Shown in pieces: positions 59,603 to 62,410 of a stretch of 62,410 nucleotides of DNA. Source of the DNA: Candidatus Heimdallarchaeota archaeon. Its GTDB lineage: Archaea; Asgardarchaeota; Heimdallarchaeia; Heimdallarchaeales; Heimdallarchaeaceae. The notes beneath the pieces were generated by a model. It had not been told where the DNA came from, did no database searches, and saw nothing but the letters and a program-made list of their open reading frames with translations. The position numbers and the translations under genes are program-made. The stretch's first letter is position 1, and each line of letters begins with the position of its first letter. The stretch spans positions 1 through 62,410 of the forward strand of contig JAEOSZ010000001.1 of assembly GCA_016840095.1 (NCBI GenBank), given 5' to 3'.

Positions 59603-60766
59603 TTAATCTCTCCACAATGCTTCAATGGATATGTCATCAGGTTTAGTTAAGTATGGGGATTTTACTTCTGCAATTACCACAGTAACGGATAACTCATCAT
59701 CTGGAATGACTTCATCAATATTACAACCCCAAACAAATTCTGCTTTTGGATTGATTTGATCTGTAATCATTGTTGTAATTGTATCGACTTCAGTCATTGA
59801 AATGTTCTTATTAGCTTTAATGTTTACAAGCGCTCCTGTTGATGAATTAATATCGATGTCTAGTAATGGATTTGATAATGCATTAGTTATTGCTTGTATA
59901 GCACGATTTTCTCCTTTACCTTTTCCAACACCAATAACTGCAGGTCCACTGCGTCTTAGTATTTTCTTAGTATCAGCAAAATCAACATTAACTCTAGCTG
60001 GGAGAACTATTAGTTCAGTTAATCCTACAACAGCATTGATTAGAACATCATCAGCCAGTTTAAATGCATCCCAAAGGGTAAAGTCTGGTGCATACATCAA
60101 TAATTTCTCATTTGGAACTACAATTATTGTATTAGAATGTTCATTTAATTCATCCAATCCTTGTACAGCTGAATCCATTTTAGATTGTCCCTCTGATGAA
60201 AATGGTAAGGTACAAACACTAACAACTAAACATCCTTCTTCTTGAGCAATTTTGGCAATGTAAGGTGCTGCTCCGGTTCCTGTGCCTTTTCCTAGGCCAC
60301 AAGCAACAAAAACAAGATCATTTCCTCTAACTAATTCCCTTATATCTTCTTCATTTTCCTCTGCTGCAGCTCGACCTATGTTAGGATCATTTCCAGCTCC
60401 AGTTCCATTAGTTAATTCTCTGCCAATAAGTAGCTTCTGTTCAGCTTGAGTACTTAGAAGATGTCTAGCGTCAGTATTCACTGCCACTGTAGTTGCCCCT
60501 ATGATACCCCCACGAGTTACAATATTGTTAATAGCATTAGAACCAGCGCCACCAACACCTATAGCAAGTATTCTGTTTGTTTGGAGAACTTGCTGGATAT
60601 ATGAGTCAACTTCACTACTTGAAAAACGGTCAGAAGGACCAGCTTGATTCATAAGAAATCTTTCAAGTTCTTTATCAGTGTCGTCACTATCAAATGTGTT
60701 TGGTCTATCACTGTCAGAAACATTATCCTCTTCTTCATCTAAGTTAATAATATAATGTTCATCCAT
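59603..60766 (-). CDS. ftsZ: Cell division protein FtsZ
   Basis: GVGGAGSN, NTD, GAGNDP, GLGKGTGTG, NVDFAD. Confidence 0.96.
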   Translation of the reverse strand: MDEHYIINLDEEEDNVSDSDRPNTFDSDDTDKELERFLMNQAGPSDRFSSSEVDSYIQQVLQTNRILAIGVGGAGSNAINNIVTRGGIIGATTVAVNTDARHLLSTQAEQKLLIGRELTNGTGAGNDPNIGRAAAEENEEDIRELVRGNDLVFVACGLGKGTGTGAAPYIAKIAQEEGCLVVSVCTLPFSSEGQSKMDSAVQGLDELNEHSNTIIVVPNEKLLMYAPDFTLWDAFKLADDVLINAVVGLTELIVLPARVNVDFADTKKILRRSGPAVIGVGKGKGENRAIQAITNALSNPLLDIDINSSTGALVNIKANKNISMTEVDTITTMITDQINPKAEFVWGCNIDEVIPDDELSVTVVIAEVKSPYLTKPDDISIEALWRD

Positions 60767-60875
60767 ATGTACTCAGAGAAGCTTTCGGTAACTAACATAA
60801 CAACACAAATATGACCGAGAAGACTCGTCAGTATTACATTTTTGATATTTATATAAGTGATAAGAGAAAGTTAAA

Positions 60876-60950
60876 TGGTGCACGCGCCGGGATTCGAACC
60901 CGGGTTCCAGCCGTGGCAGGGCTGAGTCCTACCAACTAGACTACACGAGC
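60876..60950 (-). tRNA. tRNA-Gly(GCC)
   Basis: CAGCC-CTGCCAC-GGCTG anticodon arm, TTCGAAT, CCA. Confidence 0.95.
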
Positions 60951-61002
60951 ACGGTTAAGAGTGTTTTTCAGAAACAATATTTATTCTTTCTGATTGATGA
61001 TG

Positions 61003-61076
61003 TGGTACGCTAACCGGGATTCGAACCCGGGTTCCCACCTTGGAAGGGTGAAGTCCTACCACTAGACTATTAGCGT
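61003..61076 (-). tRNA. tRNA-Gly(TCC)
   Basis: ACGCTAA/TTAGCGT acceptor, CTTCCAA loop, TTCGAAT, CCA. Confidence 0.95.
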
Positions 61077-61207
61077 ATTTCGTTATTTCTTCTGTTTCTA
61101 TTTCTATTTTTAATCTTTCTGTTTATGATTTGATTTTTAATTTTGTTTTGTGCATCATAAACTGTTTTAAATTAACGATAAATAAGAATTCCAAGAGATG
61201 CAATATT

Positions 61208-61714
61208 ATGATTGACTTTCTCAAGACTGCAATAATCAGACATCTAGAGGAGACAGAACTTTATTTGTTCACTCTACAAGATCTTAAAGGCGAAACATTG
61301 AAGGATTTGATGAATAAGGAAGTGATAAAACCTGATGGGATTCTTTTCAAAATTCCCGCTGAAGGTGCAAGACCTTTAGGAGAAGTGATTTTACATATGA
61401 TTCGATCACTAGAATTCTACATTCGAGGTATAATGAATAACCATTGGGAAGCACTTCCATACAACCTTACGGAGTTTTCTACAATTCCTGAAATTGTGAA
61501 TCTATATCAAAACATAGCAAAGGGGTTTACAGTGTATTTAGACAATCTTTCAATGGATAAATTAAATGAGGTTGTTACAAAATTTAGCCGACCCGCTACT
61601 AATGCAGAGTTACTTTTGGAAATGATTGAACATAGTATTCATCATAGAGGCCAGTTAAGTGTGTATTTTAGGTTATTAGATATAGATCCTCCAAGTATTA
61701 AATACGTAATATGA
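61208..61714 (+). CDS. DinB/YfiT family protein
   Basis: LGEVILHM...HSIHHRGQL; likely start 61208. Confidence 0.88.
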   Translation: MIDFLKTAIIRHLEETELYLFTLQDLKGETLKDLMNKEVIKPDGILFKIPAEGARPLGEVILHMIRSLEFYIRGIMNNHWEALPYNLTEFSTIPEIVNLYQNIAKGFTVYLDNLSMDKLNEVVTKFSRPATNAELLLEMIEHSIHHRGQLSVYFRLLDIDPPSIKYVI

Positions 61715-61724
61715 AGCCTATTAT

Positions 61725-62410
61725 CTACTTATGTCTAAGCAGAAATTCCAATACTATACTATTAAACAACTCTGGTTTTGTTTCATAAACATCATGACCA
61801 GCTTTTGGGATAATAGCTAATTCTGCGTTTGGAATTATTTTGAACATTTTAACACACTCATCAACTGAGCTAGCTTCATCATGATCACCTGCAAGAATTA
61901 ATATTGGGTCATTGATTTTCTCAATTTCTTTTTTAGGAAATGCTTCTGGATCACACCACATTTTTGAGATATCTTGAAGAAGTTTTTTCCAATAATCTTC
62001 CCCATGTCCTGCTGTATGAATTTCTGGTAATTTCTCAGTAAACTGAGGAATTACTTCTCTGAGTCTTTCAAAATTAACTTGTCCTGGTCCTTCAATTCCC
62101 CAGAATTTCATTGTATTAGTATAATAATCAGTTATTTCGCTCAGAACCCCTCCAGCAACCAAAGCTTTAGCTAGTTTAGGATAACGGATTCCAATCTCTA
62201 AAACTATTTGACCTCCATCACTCCAACCAACAATTAGTGGTTTTTCTAATTTCAATTCTCGTACAAGTGCTGCAATATCATCGGCCATTAACCTATAACT
62301 AAACTCTCCTGATGGATTGTTTGTTTTACCATGACCTCTACTATCAGTAGCTATAACTCTAAAACTTTCTGAGAAGAAATCTATTTGATTTTCCCAATTT
62401 TCTTCTGCAA
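61725..62410 (-). CDS. Alpha/beta hydrolase, 5' end outside the window
   Basis: DSRGHGKT, GWSDGG, GDHD, AGH. Confidence 0.9.
   Translation of the reverse strand, partial: AEENWENQIDFFSESFRVIATDSRGHGKTNNPSGEFSYRLMADDIAALVRELKLEKPLIVGWSDGGQIVLEIGIRYPKLAKALVAGGVLSEITDYYTNTMKFWGIEGPGQVNFERLREVIPQFTEKLPEIHTAGHGEDYWKKLLQDISKMWCDPEAFPKKEIEKINDPILILAGDHDEASSVDECVKMFKIIPNAELAIIPKAGHDVYETKPELFNSIVLEFLLRHK

Noticed and set aside
1525-60245. Many 60-150 aa ORFs antisense to or nested in confident genes
   Set aside because: Shadow ORFs of well-supported CDSs.
51247-61076. Integrated element between tRNA-Cys and tRNA-Gly
   Set aside because: No integrase or duplicated tRNA 3' end seen, and the interval holds core genes (rnp4, ftsZ).

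Overview
Low-GC core chromosomal segment of an Asgard archaeon, most likely Heimdallarchaeia. This is inferred from an aEF-2p paralog, a gelsolin-domain protein, two roadblock proteins, a Rab-like GTPase, an SVSE-type STT3/AglB and PolD. The window opens in the 3' end of 23S rRNA, which carries a 159-nt ORF-less bulge-helix-bulge intron in helix 93 of the peptidyl-transferase centre. The most unusual stretch (9.3-15.9 kb) is a probable replication-origin island upstream of cdc6. It has two separate ORB-containing intergenic regions, about five distinct families of short repeats, four small putative nucleic-acid-binding proteins and a tandemly duplicated M42 peptidase in the middle. Features missed by the ORF track are a box C/D guide RNA (predicted target C34 of tRNA-Leu(CAA)), a promoter-bearing hairpin sRNA, rpl39e and five tRNAs. 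The rest is housekeeping: PolD, TopA, EF-1alpha, the S19e-FtsY cluster, tgtA, ftsZ and others. No CRISPR array, transposase or integrase was seen. All calls are by eye from motifs; no database search was run.
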